Assembly: GCA_050950825.1 (NCBI GenBank)
Contig: JBMNIH010000004.1
Coordinates: 256,001 to 320,000, forward strand
Source: Clostridia bacterium
GTDB lineage: Bacteria; Bacillota; Clostridia; JAAYHZ01
DNA length: 64,000 nt
Direction of reading: 5' to 3'
The notes under the pieces are model-generated. The model was not told where the DNA came from, searched no databases, and was given only the letters and a program-made list of their open reading frames with translations. Position numbers and translations under genes: made by a program. The stretch's first letter is position 1. Every line of letters begins with the position of its first letter. Positions 1 to 9,728 of this stretch are shown here, one piece after another.

Positions 1-75
1 TGGTTGATAGGCCGGGAGTGTAAGCGCAGCAATGCGTTGAGCGGACCGGTACTAATAGGCCGAGGGCTTGACCAA
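1..75 (+). rRNA. rrl: 23S rRNA, 3' end (partial)
   Basis: Matches the conserved 23S 3' end (GATAGGCCGGGAGTGTAAG...ACTAATAGGCCGAGGGCTTGACC); followed by 5S. Confidence 0.93.
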
Positions 76-151
76 GGTCGTCGCTGAAGAAAAAAAGACG
101 TATTATGCAGTTTTGAGGGTGCGATAAAAAGCGCGCGAAGAGAATAAAGAT

Positions 152-268
152 TTTCGGTGGCAATAACGAGAAGGACCCACCCGTTCCCATCCCGAACACG
201 GCAGTTAAGCTTCTCGGTGCTGAAAATACCGGGGCGTGGCGCCCCGGGAAGATAGGTCGCTGCCGGAA
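152..268 (+). rRNA. rrf: 5S rRNA
   Basis: CACCCGTTCCCATCCCGAACACGGCAGTTAAGC core; 5' TTCGGTGGC pairs with 3' GCTGCCGGAA. Confidence 0.96.
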
Positions 269-275
269 CTATACG

Positions 276-310
276 AGTCCCGCATCCGAACAAGATGCGG
301 GATTCTTTTT
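276..310 (+). terminator. rrn operon intrinsic terminator
   Basis: GAGTCCCGCATC/GATGCGGGATTC hairpin followed by T-run. Confidence 0.8.
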
Positions 311-331
311 ACTATAAAAACATGGAATAAT

Positions 332-366
332 AAAAAAGCCGGGATTTGAATTTCCCGGCTTTTTTG
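332..366. terminator. Bidirectional terminator (hup / rrn)
   Basis: AAAAAAGCCGGGA...TCCCGGCTTTTTT. Confidence 0.75.
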
Positions 367-466
367 CTTTTTCGATATTTCATCGAAAAATAAAAAGAGA
401 GTGTTTGCTTCAACAATCTGAAAACACACTCTTTCATAATTACTCTTTTTAATAAAAATATAAGAC

Positions 467-742
467 TTACGCGTTAATCTTATCTTTAAATCCTTTACCG
501 GGTTTGAATACCGGTGTCTTCGATGCGGCAATACGAATCGGTTCCTTGGTTTGGGGATTTCTGCCCATTCTTTCGGCACGCGCTCTTACTTCAAATGTAC
601 CGAAGTTAACTAATACTATTTTTTCATTGTTCGTTAATGCTTCTTGTACTGCGTCTACAAAGGCATTTAATGCAGCCTCACTGTCCTTCCTGCTGAGCCC
701 TGATTTTGTTGAAATCGCTCTTACTAAATCTGCTTTATTCAT
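467..742 (-). CDS. hup: DNA-binding protein HU
   Basis: MNKADLV...FGTFEVRARAERMGRNPQT...PVFKPGK HU signature; AGGAGG RBS. Confidence 0.97.
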   Translation of the reverse strand: MNKADLVRAISTKSGLSRKDSEAALNAFVDAVQEALTNNEKIVLVNFGTFEVRARAERMGRNPQTKEPIRIAASKTPVFKPGKGFKDKINA

Positions 743-985
743 TGGGGTCCTCCTTTACATGGAATTTGTCACCATTCTACTCCTGAAACCTTGATATGTC
801 AAGAGTTTCGAGCTAATTACAAGTATTTTTACCAATAAAATTAATTGCTATTCAATAATTACTGTAAAATAAGAAATATGATGTAAGGAAGGCAAGGAAT
901 CACATAAAAATCCATATCCCCTTATTGAAGATAAATGCGTTTTCCATGTATACTAAGAACAAATAAATAAAGATAGGATAAGACA

Positions 986-1828
986 ATGAGAGTCATACAA
1001 GATACTGTCGTTATTGCCGCCGTAGAAAAAATGTGCATCGAAGCAAACTGTCATTTGTGTGAAGATGTCAAAAGTGCGATTGAAAAGGGGCGAAAGGAAG
1101 AAACATCGCCCATAGGACAATATATTTTGGACCAATTAATCGAAAATGCCGAAATTGCAGACAGCTGCAATATGCCGATCTGCCAAGATACCGGAATGGC
1201 GGTTTTCTTTGTTGAAGTGGGAAACAAGGTGCTGATCGAGGGGAGAAATTTGACGGAGGCCATCAATGAAGGCGTTCGCCGAGGATATACCCAAGGTTTT
1301 TTGCGTAAGTCCGTTGTTGCCGACCCTTTCTTCAGGGAAAATACAAAGGACAATACGCCTGCCGTTATTCATTATGAATTTACGGAAGGAGATCGATTAA
1401 AAATTACATTTGCCCCGAAAGGCTTTGGCAGTGAGAACATGAGCCGGCTGAAAATGTTGAATCCTTCGGACGGAATGGAAGGGGTAAAAGAATTTGTGAT
1501 AGATACGGTTTTGAAAGCGGGGCCGAATCCGTGTCCGCCCATTGTTGTGGGTGTGGGAATCGGAGGAACCATGGAAATGGCGGCTTTACTGGCGAAAAAG
1601 GCGTTAACAAAGCCGATACATGAGAAGAATCCCGTTGAATACTTGGATCGCATGGAAAATGAAATTTTAGAAAAAATCAATGAAACGGGAATCGGACCCG
1701 GCGGTTTAGGGGGGAAAACTACGGCTTTGTGTGTTCGTATCCTTGTTTATCCTACCCATATTGCCGGATTGCCTGTAGCGGTAAATATCAATTGCCATGC
1801 CGCACGCCACGCGGAAGTCGTCATTTAA
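986..1828 (+). CDS. Fe-S fumarate hydratase/tartrate dehydratase, alpha subunit
   Basis: PICQDTG, KGFGSEN, GPNPCPP, NINCHAARH motifs. Confidence 0.93.
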   Translation: MRVIQDTVVIAAVEKMCIEANCHLCEDVKSAIEKGRKEETSPIGQYILDQLIENAEIADSCNMPICQDTGMAVFFVEVGNKVLIEGRNLTEAINEGVRRGYTQGFLRKSVVADPFFRENTKDNTPAVIHYEFTEGDRLKITFAPKGFGSENMSRLKMLNPSDGMEGVKEFVIDTVLKAGPNPCPPIVVGVGIGGTMEMAALLAKKALTKPIHEKNPVEYLDRMENEILEKINETGIGPGGLGGKTTALCVRILVYPTHIAGLPVAVNINCHAARHAEVVI

Positions 1829-1852
1829 TTGCATAATAGGAAGGATAAGAAT

Positions 1853-2395
1853 ATGAAAAACATTGTAAAGCTGACTACCCCTTTGGATCCTAATAGAATC
1901 GAAACGCTCCGGTGCGGGGACTTTGTGGAAATCACAGGCACGATCTATACCGCCAGGGATGCAGCCCATAAAAGAATGAAGGAAATGCTTGAGAAAAATA
2001 TGAGCTTGCCTTTCGATTTGTCCGGACAAATTATCTATTATGCCGGACCTTGTCCCGCCAAACCGGGACAGGTTATCGGTTCCATAGGGCCTACCACATC
2101 CGGTAGAATGGATGTCTATACGCCGCTTCTTTTAAAGCAGGGTTTGGCGGGAATGATCGGTAAGGGCAAGAGAAGCCAAGAAGTCATTGACGCCATGATT
2201 CGTTACAAAAGCGTGTATTTCGGAGCGACCGGCGGTGCAGGAGCTTTGATATCCAAATGCGTGAAAAAGGCGGAAGTGATTGCTTTTGATGACTTGGGAA
2301 CGGAAGCGATACGAAGGCTGTATGTAGAAGATTTGCCGGTTATCGTGTTGATCGATTGTAAAGGCAATAAGCTGTACAAAGAGTTTGACAAGTAG
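1853..2395 (+). CDS. Fe-S fumarate hydratase/tartrate dehydratase, beta subunit
   Basis: TARDAAH, GPTTSGRM, GKG, LGTEAI motifs; ATG at 1853 after AGGA. Confidence 0.93.
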   Translation: MKNIVKLTTPLDPNRIETLRCGDFVEITGTIYTARDAAHKRMKEMLEKNMSLPFDLSGQIIYYAGPCPAKPGQVIGSIGPTTSGRMDVYTPLLLKQGLAGMIGKGKRSQEVIDAMIRYKSVYFGATGGAGALISKCVKKAEVIAFDDLGTEAIRRLYVEDLPVIVLIDCKGNKLYKEFDK

Positions 2396-2453
2396 AATGA
2401 CATTCAGTAAAATGAAAAGAACGAGAAAGAGAGTATGTAAATGAGGTGTTAGG

Positions 2454-3665
2454 ATGCAAAAAATAAAGATGGTTACGCCGCTTGTGGAGATCGACGGAGA
2501 CGAAATGACGCGTATATTATGGCAAATGATAAAAGACAAGCTGCTGTACCCTTATATCGATTTAAAGACCGAATACTACGATTTGGGATTAAAACATAGA
2601 GATGAAACGGACGATCAAGTGACGGTCGACGCGGCGTATGCCATTAAGAAATACGGCGTCGGCGTTAAATGTGCCACCATCACGCCGGATGCGTCTCGAA
2701 TCAAAGAATACGGATTGAAAAAAATGTGGAAGAGCCCTAACGGCACGATTAGAGCGATTCTTGACGGTACCGTTTTTCGTGCTCCCATTTTAGTGAAGAA
2801 TATAAAGCCGATGGTAAGCGGTTGGGAAGAGCCGATAATCATAGCAAGACATGCCTACGGAGATGTATATAAGGGAGTGGAATTTAAAGCAACCGGTAAA
2901 GGCAAAGCCGAAATGGTGTTTACGGACGAAAACGGCCAAGAAACCCGACAGACCATTCACGAATTTGATGAAGAGGGCGGAATCGTCTTATCCATGCATA
3001 ATACCCATAAATCGATTCGAAGCTTTGCTAAGGCTTGCTTCGAATATGCTTTAGGAGAAAAAAGAGACCTTTGGTTTTCTACCAAGCAAACCATTTCCAA
3101 AACCTATGACCATACCTTTATGGACATCTTTAATGAGCTTTATGAAAGCGAGTACAAGGAAGCCTTTGAAAAAGCCGGTATCGAATATTTTTATACGTTA
3201 ATCGACGATGCGGTTGCACGAATTATCCGTTCGAAAGGCGGTATGGTATGGGCTTGCAAGAACTATGACGGTGACGTCATGTCGGATATGGTAGCGACCG
3301 CCTTCGGAAGCTTGGCCATGATGACATCGGTACTTGTATCTCCCGAAGGCCATTACGAATACGAAGCCGCTCACGGTACCGTACAGCGTCATTATTACAG
3401 GCATTTGAAGGGTGAAAAAACATCCACCAACTCCATGGCCACTTTATTCGCTTGGACCGGTGCGCTCAGAAAGCGCGGAGAAAAGGACGGCTTAAAGGAT
3501 TTATGCGAGTTTGCCGATAAGCTTGAAAAAGCCGCTATCAACACCATTGAAAATGGAACCATGACAAAAGACTTGGCTTTGTTGTGTGAAGAAGGCGATT
3601 TAAATGTTGTCAATTCCGAAGAATTTTTAGACGCCATTAAGAATGAGTTGGAAAAAATGTTATAA
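2454..3665 (+). CDS. icd: NADP-dependent isocitrate dehydrogenase (eukaryote-like type II)
   Basis: [39 protein letters not shown]. Confidence 0.97.
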   Translation: MQKIKMVTPLVEIDGDEMTRILWQMIKDKLLYPYIDLKTEYYDLGLKHRDETDDQVTVDAAYAIKKYGVGVKCATITPDASRIKEYGLKKMWKSPNGTIRAILDGTVFRAPILVKNIKPMVSGWEEPIIIARHAYGDVYKGVEFKATGKGKAEMVFTDENGQETRQTIHEFDEEGGIVLSMHNTHKSIRSFAKACFEYALGEKRDLWFSTKQTISKTYDHTFMDIFNELYESEYKEAFEKAGIEYFYTLIDDAVARIIRSKGGMVWACKNYDGDVMSDMVATAFGSLAMMTSVLVSPEGHYEYEAAHGTVQRHYYRHLKGEKTSTNSMATLFAWTGALRKRGEKDGLKDLCEFADKLEKAAINTIENGTMTKDLALLCEEGDLNVVNSEEFLDAIKNELEKML

Positions 3666-3717
3666 TTAATAACGACATACGAATAATAAATTCAAATATA
3701 GAACAAGGAGAAGGATT

Positions 3718-3927
3718 ATGGCAAAAGTTACATTAGACACAATCATTTCGGACGTATTGAAGATGGATAGAACCACAGCACCGATCTTCATCAAATATGG
3801 AATGCACTGTATCGGATGCCCCGTTGCATCCGCCGAAAGCATTAAAGAAGCTTCTGCTGTTCACGGAATTGATGCCGAGAAGTTAGTGGAAGAATTAAAC
3901 AAACATCTTGATGCCAAAAATGCATAA
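3718..3927 (+). CDS. DUF1858 (hybrid cluster protein-associated redox disulfide) domain protein
   Basis: GMHCIGCP...ESI..A..VHGID pattern. Confidence 0.85.
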   Translation: MAKVTLDTIISDVLKMDRTTAPIFIKYGMHCIGCPVASAESIKEASAVHGIDAEKLVEELNKHLDAKNA

Positions 3928-4029
3928 ATGGCTATCATAAACAAGCGGCGCAGTCTTCACAAGCTGCGCTTTTGTTTTTATCTAAGAAGTGAAAATCCGT
4001 ATGGAATGAAGCGTAAAAAGGAGTGGCAT

Positions 4030-4551
4030 ATGGAGAATCTGAAACTTGTATTGCCTACCCTTGATATGGAGAAAGAAGCGCTTTCTTACAGGCAAGAGTA
4101 CATTGATTACGGAGAAACCTATATACACGGCAGCGCCGGCTTGATGAAGGAGGAAGATTACAAGCTTTGGGTGGAGAAGATCACGTATGCGCGAACGGAG
4201 AAGATGCCGGAGGGGCTTGTCAACGCTTCCACCTATTTTGCCGTCGTAGGAGACCGGATTGTGGGCACCATTCAGATCCGATACAGGCTGAATGAATTTC
4301 TTCTAAACTACGGTGGCCACATAGGCTACGGCGTCCGTCCGTCGGAACGGCGCAAAGGATATGCAACCGAGATGCTTTCACAAGCTCTTGAAATATGTCG
4401 AAATCTCGGTTTGGAATGCGTTCTTATTACCTGCGACAAAGACAATATCGGTTCGGCACGGACCGTTATGAAAAACGGCGGTATTCTTGAAAACGAAATC
4501 CCTCGAGAAGACGGCGGGATAACCCAACGATATTGGATTACGCTAAAGTAG
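4030..4551 (+). CDS. GNAT family N-acetyltransferase
   Basis: GGHIGYGVRPSERRKGYAT motif A; ATG 4030 after AGGAG. Confidence 0.9.
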   Translation: MENLKLVLPTLDMEKEALSYRQEYIDYGETYIHGSAGLMKEEDYKLWVEKITYARTEKMPEGLVNASTYFAVVGDRIVGTIQIRYRLNEFLLNYGGHIGYGVRPSERRKGYATEMLSQALEICRNLGLECVLITCDKDNIGSARTVMKNGGILENEIPREDGGITQRYWITLK

Positions 4552-4627
4552 AAAAATGAATTTACATAAACAAAAGAGCCCGGTCATTTGTATTCGGGCT
4601 CTTTGCGTATGTTGAAAATTTTTAAGT

Positions 4628-6466
4628 TCAGTCGAAAAAAGGTCTTGATCGGTCGATGACGGATCCTACATCGAATAAGTCGGCCAGCATTTCCGGATTG
4701 TTGAACATGCGCACGCCGTCAATGTTTTGTCTGTCCATGATCAAAGCCTTTTCGGTAATGACATGGTAAGGATATCCGCCTACGCCGCAAATCGCTTCGT
4801 ATCCTTGGGAAGTCAAGTATTCGTATTTATCCGATCCCGGCTTAACTTGGTAGCCGAAAGGCGTGATATAGATGTTTGTGGGTCCCGTAATCGGTTCCAC
4901 CTCACGCTTCCAGCGTTCCGTGTCGTGTTCCAGTATGACAAGTTCGAATTCCCCGTCGGAAAAGTCGTCATTATGAGAATAACTGTGATTTGCAAACCGC
5001 CAGCCGGAGGATTTTAAGGCGTCGGCCACGCGCTTTGCTTCTTCGTGTACGGATGCGTAATTCGCCGCATCGGTTAAGTTGGTACGGTAACCCAATACGC
5101 CCTCGTATCCGGTTAAAGCGATGATCCCTTTGGCGCCGAGATAAGAAAAGTCCGGGTGTTTTTCAACGAACGCATCCACGATAGGCATGACATCTCCGTC
5201 GTATGTGATAATTTCGGATCCGTCCGGAGTCGTGACCGCCGTTGCGATCTTTCCTTGATCGTCCACAACGAGACGGCTTGCAAATCCGTCTCCCTTCATG
5301 TACTCATAATAGGAGACGTCGTCAATGGAAAGCACCAAAGGTTTTTTCCCCTTCGGCAGGTACAAATCTTTTTTCTTAACAAGGGTGTGGTCGTTGTCAC
5401 GGTAGGTTTCGAAAAGATCGTTAATATCGACTAATATATAATTTCTTTCATACAGTTGATTCAGTATTTTTACAAACTCATCGACGGTTACCATGTAGTC
5501 GTTGTAGCCTTGGGTTTTGTAATCGCCGTCAAATGCCAATTCCGGATAGACGATCAAGCTGTGGAAGAACACATGATAAATCGGCCCTTGGTAAAGATTC
5601 ATTTCCGCCAATCGGTCTCGGCAGTAGTTTATTTTCTGCAAAAGCTCCGCATTGTCGGGATAATGAGTTTTGGCATTGTTCAGTATGGTTAAGGCATCTT
5701 GGTACCTTTTGCCGTCAATCAGCAATTGCGCTTTTTCCAAAGAATCCTTTAGTATGGCGGCATGGCATTCTTCGATTCTTTTCTGTGCGTCGGTATAGAA
5801 TTGAATATCGCTTTCGGGAACGTTTTGAAAATAGGAGATGGCTTCGGCGTATTCGCCTCTTGCCATGCTGTTCACTCCTTTTTGGTAGTCGGAGCGAGTA
5901 CGGTTCAGGTCTTCTACCGTGTTGATATAGGAGGCGAGTTTATCTTGAAACAATTCAAACAATTGCGCGTTTCTTAAGAAATTGATGGTCGGTTGGTAAT
6001 CGCTCTGTAAACCGATAAAGGACTTGTAGTGATTTTCAATCGACTCTTCCAGAAGCTTTTTTATTTGCTCTTCAAAAACGGTTATTCCTTTTACTCTTTT
6101 GGCGATGCTGTCGTTTACCGTTTCTCCGTAAAGAGATTGGCATAGCAAGTTGTATTCATCCGCTACCTTCCGAGTCATATCGGATATATAGCGGTCGTAT
6201 TTGCCGTCCGTATTGTCTTTAATAACAGAATTTAAAAGATCATAGGCTTTTTGATAATTCCCGTTTTTGATGGATTCGTCAAAGTTTTCGACCCTTGCTT
6301 GGATGTTTGCCATGATCTGCTGCTGTTTTCTTTCCGATTCACCGGCTTGAAATAGTTTTATAGAAACGGATGCCACAAAATAGATTAATAATGCGGCGGC
6401 CAATATAAATCCTATGTTCAAGTATAAATACTTTAGATATGATTGCTTCTTCTTTTTATCTTGCAC
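4628..6466 (-). CDS. Membrane-anchored TPR-like + polysaccharide deacetylase (CE4-like) protein
   Basis: N-terminal TM, helical TPR-like region, SIDD and HSYSH motifs; paralog of 16762..18579. Confidence 0.8.
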   Translation of the reverse strand: MQDKKKKQSYLKYLYLNIGFILAAALLIYFVASVSIKLFQAGESERKQQQIMANIQARVENFDESIKNGNYQKAYDLLNSVIKDNTDGKYDRYISDMTRKVADEYNLLCQSLYGETVNDSIAKRVKGITVFEEQIKKLLEESIENHYKSFIGLQSDYQPTINFLRNAQLFELFQDKLASYINTVEDLNRTRSDYQKGVNSMARGEYAEAISYFQNVPESDIQFYTDAQKRIEECHAAILKDSLEKAQLLIDGKRYQDALTILNNAKTHYPDNAELLQKINYCRDRLAEMNLYQGPIYHVFFHSLIVYPELAFDGDYKTQGYNDYMVTVDEFVKILNQLYERNYILVDINDLFETYRDNDHTLVKKKDLYLPKGKKPLVLSIDDVSYYEYMKGDGFASRLVVDDQGKIATAVTTPDGSEIITYDGDVMPIVDAFVEKHPDFSYLGAKGIIALTGYEGVLGYRTNLTDAANYASVHEEAKRVADALKSSGWRFANHSYSHNDDFSDGEFELVILEHDTERWKREVEPITGPTNIYITPFGYQVKPGSDKYEYLTSQGYEAICGVGGYPYHVITEKALIMDRQNIDGVRMFNNPEMLADLFDVGSVIDRSRPFFD

Positions 6467-6573
6467 GGCATAACCGCCCTTTCCTTGATATGATACCCTC
6501 TATTATACCACAGGGTCGAATTTTCGTAAAATCCGAAACAAAGTCGGACTTCTTTGTACGGATTTATTCGGAT

Positions 6574-8532
6574 TTATTTGATCAGATCGAAATCGTCAAA
6601 GTCTCCGTCTCCGTCAATTTCCAGTTCGACCAATTGGGGCAACCGGTAGACGAGGTACAAGATATCTTCGCGGTTTACGGGAACATTTACCAAGGAAAGC
6701 CTTTTTAATTGCGTGCATCCGGTAAGAGGAGTTATGTCCTTGATTTGATTACCGTCCAGGATTAAGGTTTCCAAGGAGGTTAAGGCCTCAAAGCCGTCCA
6801 AATCGGTTATGAGGTTATAGGCCAAATTTAAGGTTTCCAGTCTTTTCATAAAGGACAGCACATTAACGTACACGGTATAGTAATTGATATTTACGTGGTA
6901 ATTAATAAAGCGTACTTTGTTCCATGAAAGGTCAAGATGCTTGATTCCCGTGGTATACATCAATGAATCAATAATCATGATCTCGTTATGGGGAAGACTT
7001 AAGGTATTCATATTTTTAAAATATTGTATACCGTCCAAATCGCGAATTTTCCCGCCTTCGGATCCGTCATGGGATATGGCTTCGACTCCTAATGCCCATA
7101 TGGCCGTCATCTCGGCTTTACCCGCAACTTTTTTCACCGTATCAAAAAGGACGGAATCCGGAAAATACAATTCTCCGTCCGTTATCTGATAAATTTGAAG
7201 CATGGTTCCGGTCGATACCGGTTGTCCCGGCTCGTAACCTACATACATGAATTCTCCCGGTAGTCCTTCGTAGGTATGGATACGTATGATACTGTATCTG
7301 CGATAACCGTTATAATGTAAAATGTTTTTAACCTCTTCCTCGTCATTTGTCGTTAAGTTAGGTAAAAAGGCCGCAGTATTCACTTTTAATACAACGGATT
7401 CATCGGAGTTTAAAACCGGTTCTCCGGGAGCGGGAGTCTGCTCTAATACCTTGTTACCGGGGTTATCCTGCAGATAAATATAATCCAATTTATAGGCAAT
7501 GTTGAATTCTTTTAAAACATCTTCGGCATCGGCGAATTGTAAGCCCGTAACGTCCGGCATATACACTTCCTTGTTATTATATATCTCTACCGTAAAATCT
7601 TCCTTTACGGGATGGTTTCCGGTAGCGGGATTTTGCATCGATATAATATTGGGCTTGTAAGCCGCATTATAGGACTCCTTGGCGATATAGTTAAGACCGT
7701 ATCTTTCTAAAGTGCTTACCGCTTCTTCAATCGGCCGCCCCGTTACATTCGGAACATAAACGGCATGATTGACGGTAAGCTTCACCGGAAAATCGCTTTT
7801 TTTAAGAACGGTTCCTGCAGGAATTTCTTGTAATAGGATTTCTCCGGGGGAATCGTCCGTCGAAAAGACCAAGTTTGTTTCATAGGGAATACGGGCTTTG
7901 TTCAGTATTTCCGCCGCCTTATCTATATTCAAGCCCGCAACATCCGGCATTTTCACGGGTTTTGGGAAAAGAATAAGGACCGATACAACAAAAAGGATGG
8001 ATGCCGCAAGGATACCGACCTTTTTCGCTTTTTTCGGTATTCGTTCCCAAAAGGAGACTTTGAATTGAGAAAGAGGCTCGTAAGCAAAATTCTTTTCGGT
8101 ATACTCCATGATAAGATAAGCGGTTTTGTTTTCTTCGAAAACCTGGTAAGCGGACTCCATATTGGATAATCCCGCTTGCTTCGTCAGCAGCACGCCTTCT
8201 TCTAAGAATATCTTTCGTTTTTGAGCGTACAATTCCTGACGATTTTCTTTTACGGTTACTTCCGACGTGTATTTGGAATCGCGGAGCGCTTCATTTTCCG
8301 GAAAGTATTCGACGATCAGAATTTTTTGCAAGAACGCATAATCGTACCCTAAATAGGTGATGTAATTGCGCCCTTTTTTAAGAACCTTTCCGACGATAAA
8401 TCTACCTTTCAGGATTTTATCTTCTTTTAATGAAAACGGAAGCTCTCCCGATCCGTTTATATATCCGCAGTGAGGACAGACATGATCATAACCTTTGTTT
8501 TCCATGCAACCGAAACACATAAAATCCGTCAT
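6574..8532 (-). CDS. Zn-ribbon + degenerate Ser/Thr kinase N-lobe + TM + PASTA repeats + LRR protein
   Basis: CFGC/CPHC; GRFIVGKVL..G..YITYLGYD; TM; MPDVAG/VPNVTG/MPDVTG/LPNLT PASTA starts; LxLxxNxI LRRs; ATG 8532 after GGGGG. Confidence 0.8.
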   Translation of the reverse strand: MTDFMCFGCMENKGYDHVCPHCGYINGSGELPFSLKEDKILKGRFIVGKVLKKGRNYITYLGYDYAFLQKILIVEYFPENEALRDSKYTSEVTVKENRQELYAQKRKIFLEEGVLLTKQAGLSNMESAYQVFEENKTAYLIMEYTEKNFAYEPLSQFKVSFWERIPKKAKKVGILAASILFVVSVLILFPKPVKMPDVAGLNIDKAAEILNKARIPYETNLVFSTDDSPGEILLQEIPAGTVLKKSDFPVKLTVNHAVYVPNVTGRPIEEAVSTLERYGLNYIAKESYNAAYKPNIISMQNPATGNHPVKEDFTVEIYNNKEVYMPDVTGLQFADAEDVLKEFNIAYKLDYIYLQDNPGNKVLEQTPAPGEPVLNSDESVVLKVNTAAFLPNLTTNDEEEVKNILHYNGYRRYSIIRIHTYEGLPGEFMYVGYEPGQPVSTGTMLQIYQITDGELYFPDSVLFDTVKKVAGKAEMTAIWALGVEAISHDGSEGGKIRDLDGIQYFKNMNTLSLPHNEIMIIDSLMYTTGIKHLDLSWNKVRFINYHVNINYYTVYVNVLSFMKRLETLNLAYNLITDLDGFEALTSLETLILDGNQIKDITPLTGCTQLKRLSLVNVPVNREDILYLVYRLPQLVELEIDGDGDFDDFDLIK

Positions 8533-8638
8533 AGTGCCCCCCGAAAACAGTTGTACCTTTAAGGCTATTATATCATATTCTATCGTTCTTCGGGCTTTTC
8601 CTTGCGGCCGGGATAGGAAGTCATTAAAAGATGAATAA

Positions 8639-8715
8639 ACGTAATTACGTAAAATCATATTGACAACAACGAGGATGGCTTAGTATTGAATTGCGGAAAT
8701 ACGTAGTAACATAAA
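8639..8715 (+). promoter_or_regulatory. Putative operator/promoter of the ArsR-family gene
   Basis: Perfect palindrome ACGTAATTACGT (8639-8650), TTGACA at 8660, further TACGTA half-site before the RBS. Confidence 0.5.
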
Positions 8716-8727
8716 AAGGAGGCCGTT

Positions 8728-9351
8728 ATGGAATACGATTGCAGAAAGGAAATCGAAAGACTTCGAAAAGAAATCGAGGATTTGAAGGAGCGATTCGGCC
8801 GAATGGAGCGCATCTCATCGAAGGAACCGCTAAAAAAGCCTCATATTATGAGAAACGAGCAATCGAACCCGGAGTCGAACCGTATTATGGATTCTCTGTT
8901 GGAGATCAGTGAAAAAGAAAACCGTACGGGAAGCGTAACGTGCATGGGGGTTTTCCGGTCGAGCGGAAGGCAATCTCAATGGATTACGGAAAGCCGAAAT
9001 ACGGACGATTTGTTGGCTTTGATTGAAATCAAGTTGGCATCGGCGGTACTGCAGTGCATCGGCAACAGCGACCGCTTGAACTTGCTTCTTACGCTCTTGC
9101 GTACGCCTATGACCGTCGCTTCTTTGGTTGAAAAGTGCGGATTCAATACCACAGGACAAGCGTATCATCATCTCAAGCCGTTAATCGCGGCGGATTTGGT
9201 TTATGAGGTTGAACAAGGAGAAAGAGGCGTTTACGCCGTAAGACCTCATCGGGTGCAAGGTATCATCATGTTATTAGCCGGTATAGCGGATTTGACGGAT
9301 CCGAGATACTCCCGGGGAAATTGGATATCGGATGAAAGAGAAGATAAATAA
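8728..9351 (+). CDS. ArsR-like winged-helix transcriptional regulator
   Basis: RLNLLLTLL...TTGQAYHHLKPLIAADLV wHTH. Confidence 0.82.
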   Translation: MEYDCRKEIERLRKEIEDLKERFGRMERISSKEPLKKPHIMRNEQSNPESNRIMDSLLEISEKENRTGSVTCMGVFRSSGRQSQWITESRNTDDLLALIEIKLASAVLQCIGNSDRLNLLLTLLRTPMTVASLVEKCGFNTTGQAYHHLKPLIAADLVYEVEQGERGVYAVRPHRVQGIIMLLAGIADLTDPRYSRGNWISDEREDK

Positions 9352-9416
9352 ATTTTACCGAAATGACGATACGACAAACTTGTTAAAAAACGAATAAAAT
9401 CTTATGATATAATGAT

Positions 9417-9521
9417 TATGCGTTTTATCAATTCGCAACACAAAAAGAAACCACCACAATGTGAATGTGGCGGGTGTTGTAAACTAAAATATATTCGGAC
9501 AAGAGAATTGATAAACGCATA
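9417..9521 (+). repeat. Long imperfect hairpin abutting the mobile-element end
   Basis: TATGCGTTTTATCAATTC (9417-9434) pairs with GAATTGATAAACGCATA (9505-9521) with one extra T; inner stems 9435-9480. Confidence 0.8.
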
Positions 9522-9728
9522 TTGTACCAAACCGCGTAGGTTCTCATTTTCCCATGGGAATTTTAAAAGGTCAACATCGGTTTGATTCGAACATTTTAGG
9601 CTTAAAAGTACGTTAAAACGGTACTTCGCACCTTGAAAATCGAAGAAAAAGCGGAAAATCGCCTGAAAAAGAGCAAGCTACGCCCTCCCATAAAGGGTCG
9701 TTTTACACGATATTCAGTTGTCAAGAAT

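Noticed and set aside
205-579. 124-aa minus-strand ORF
   Set aside because: Overlaps 5S rRNA, terminators and hup; shadow ORF.
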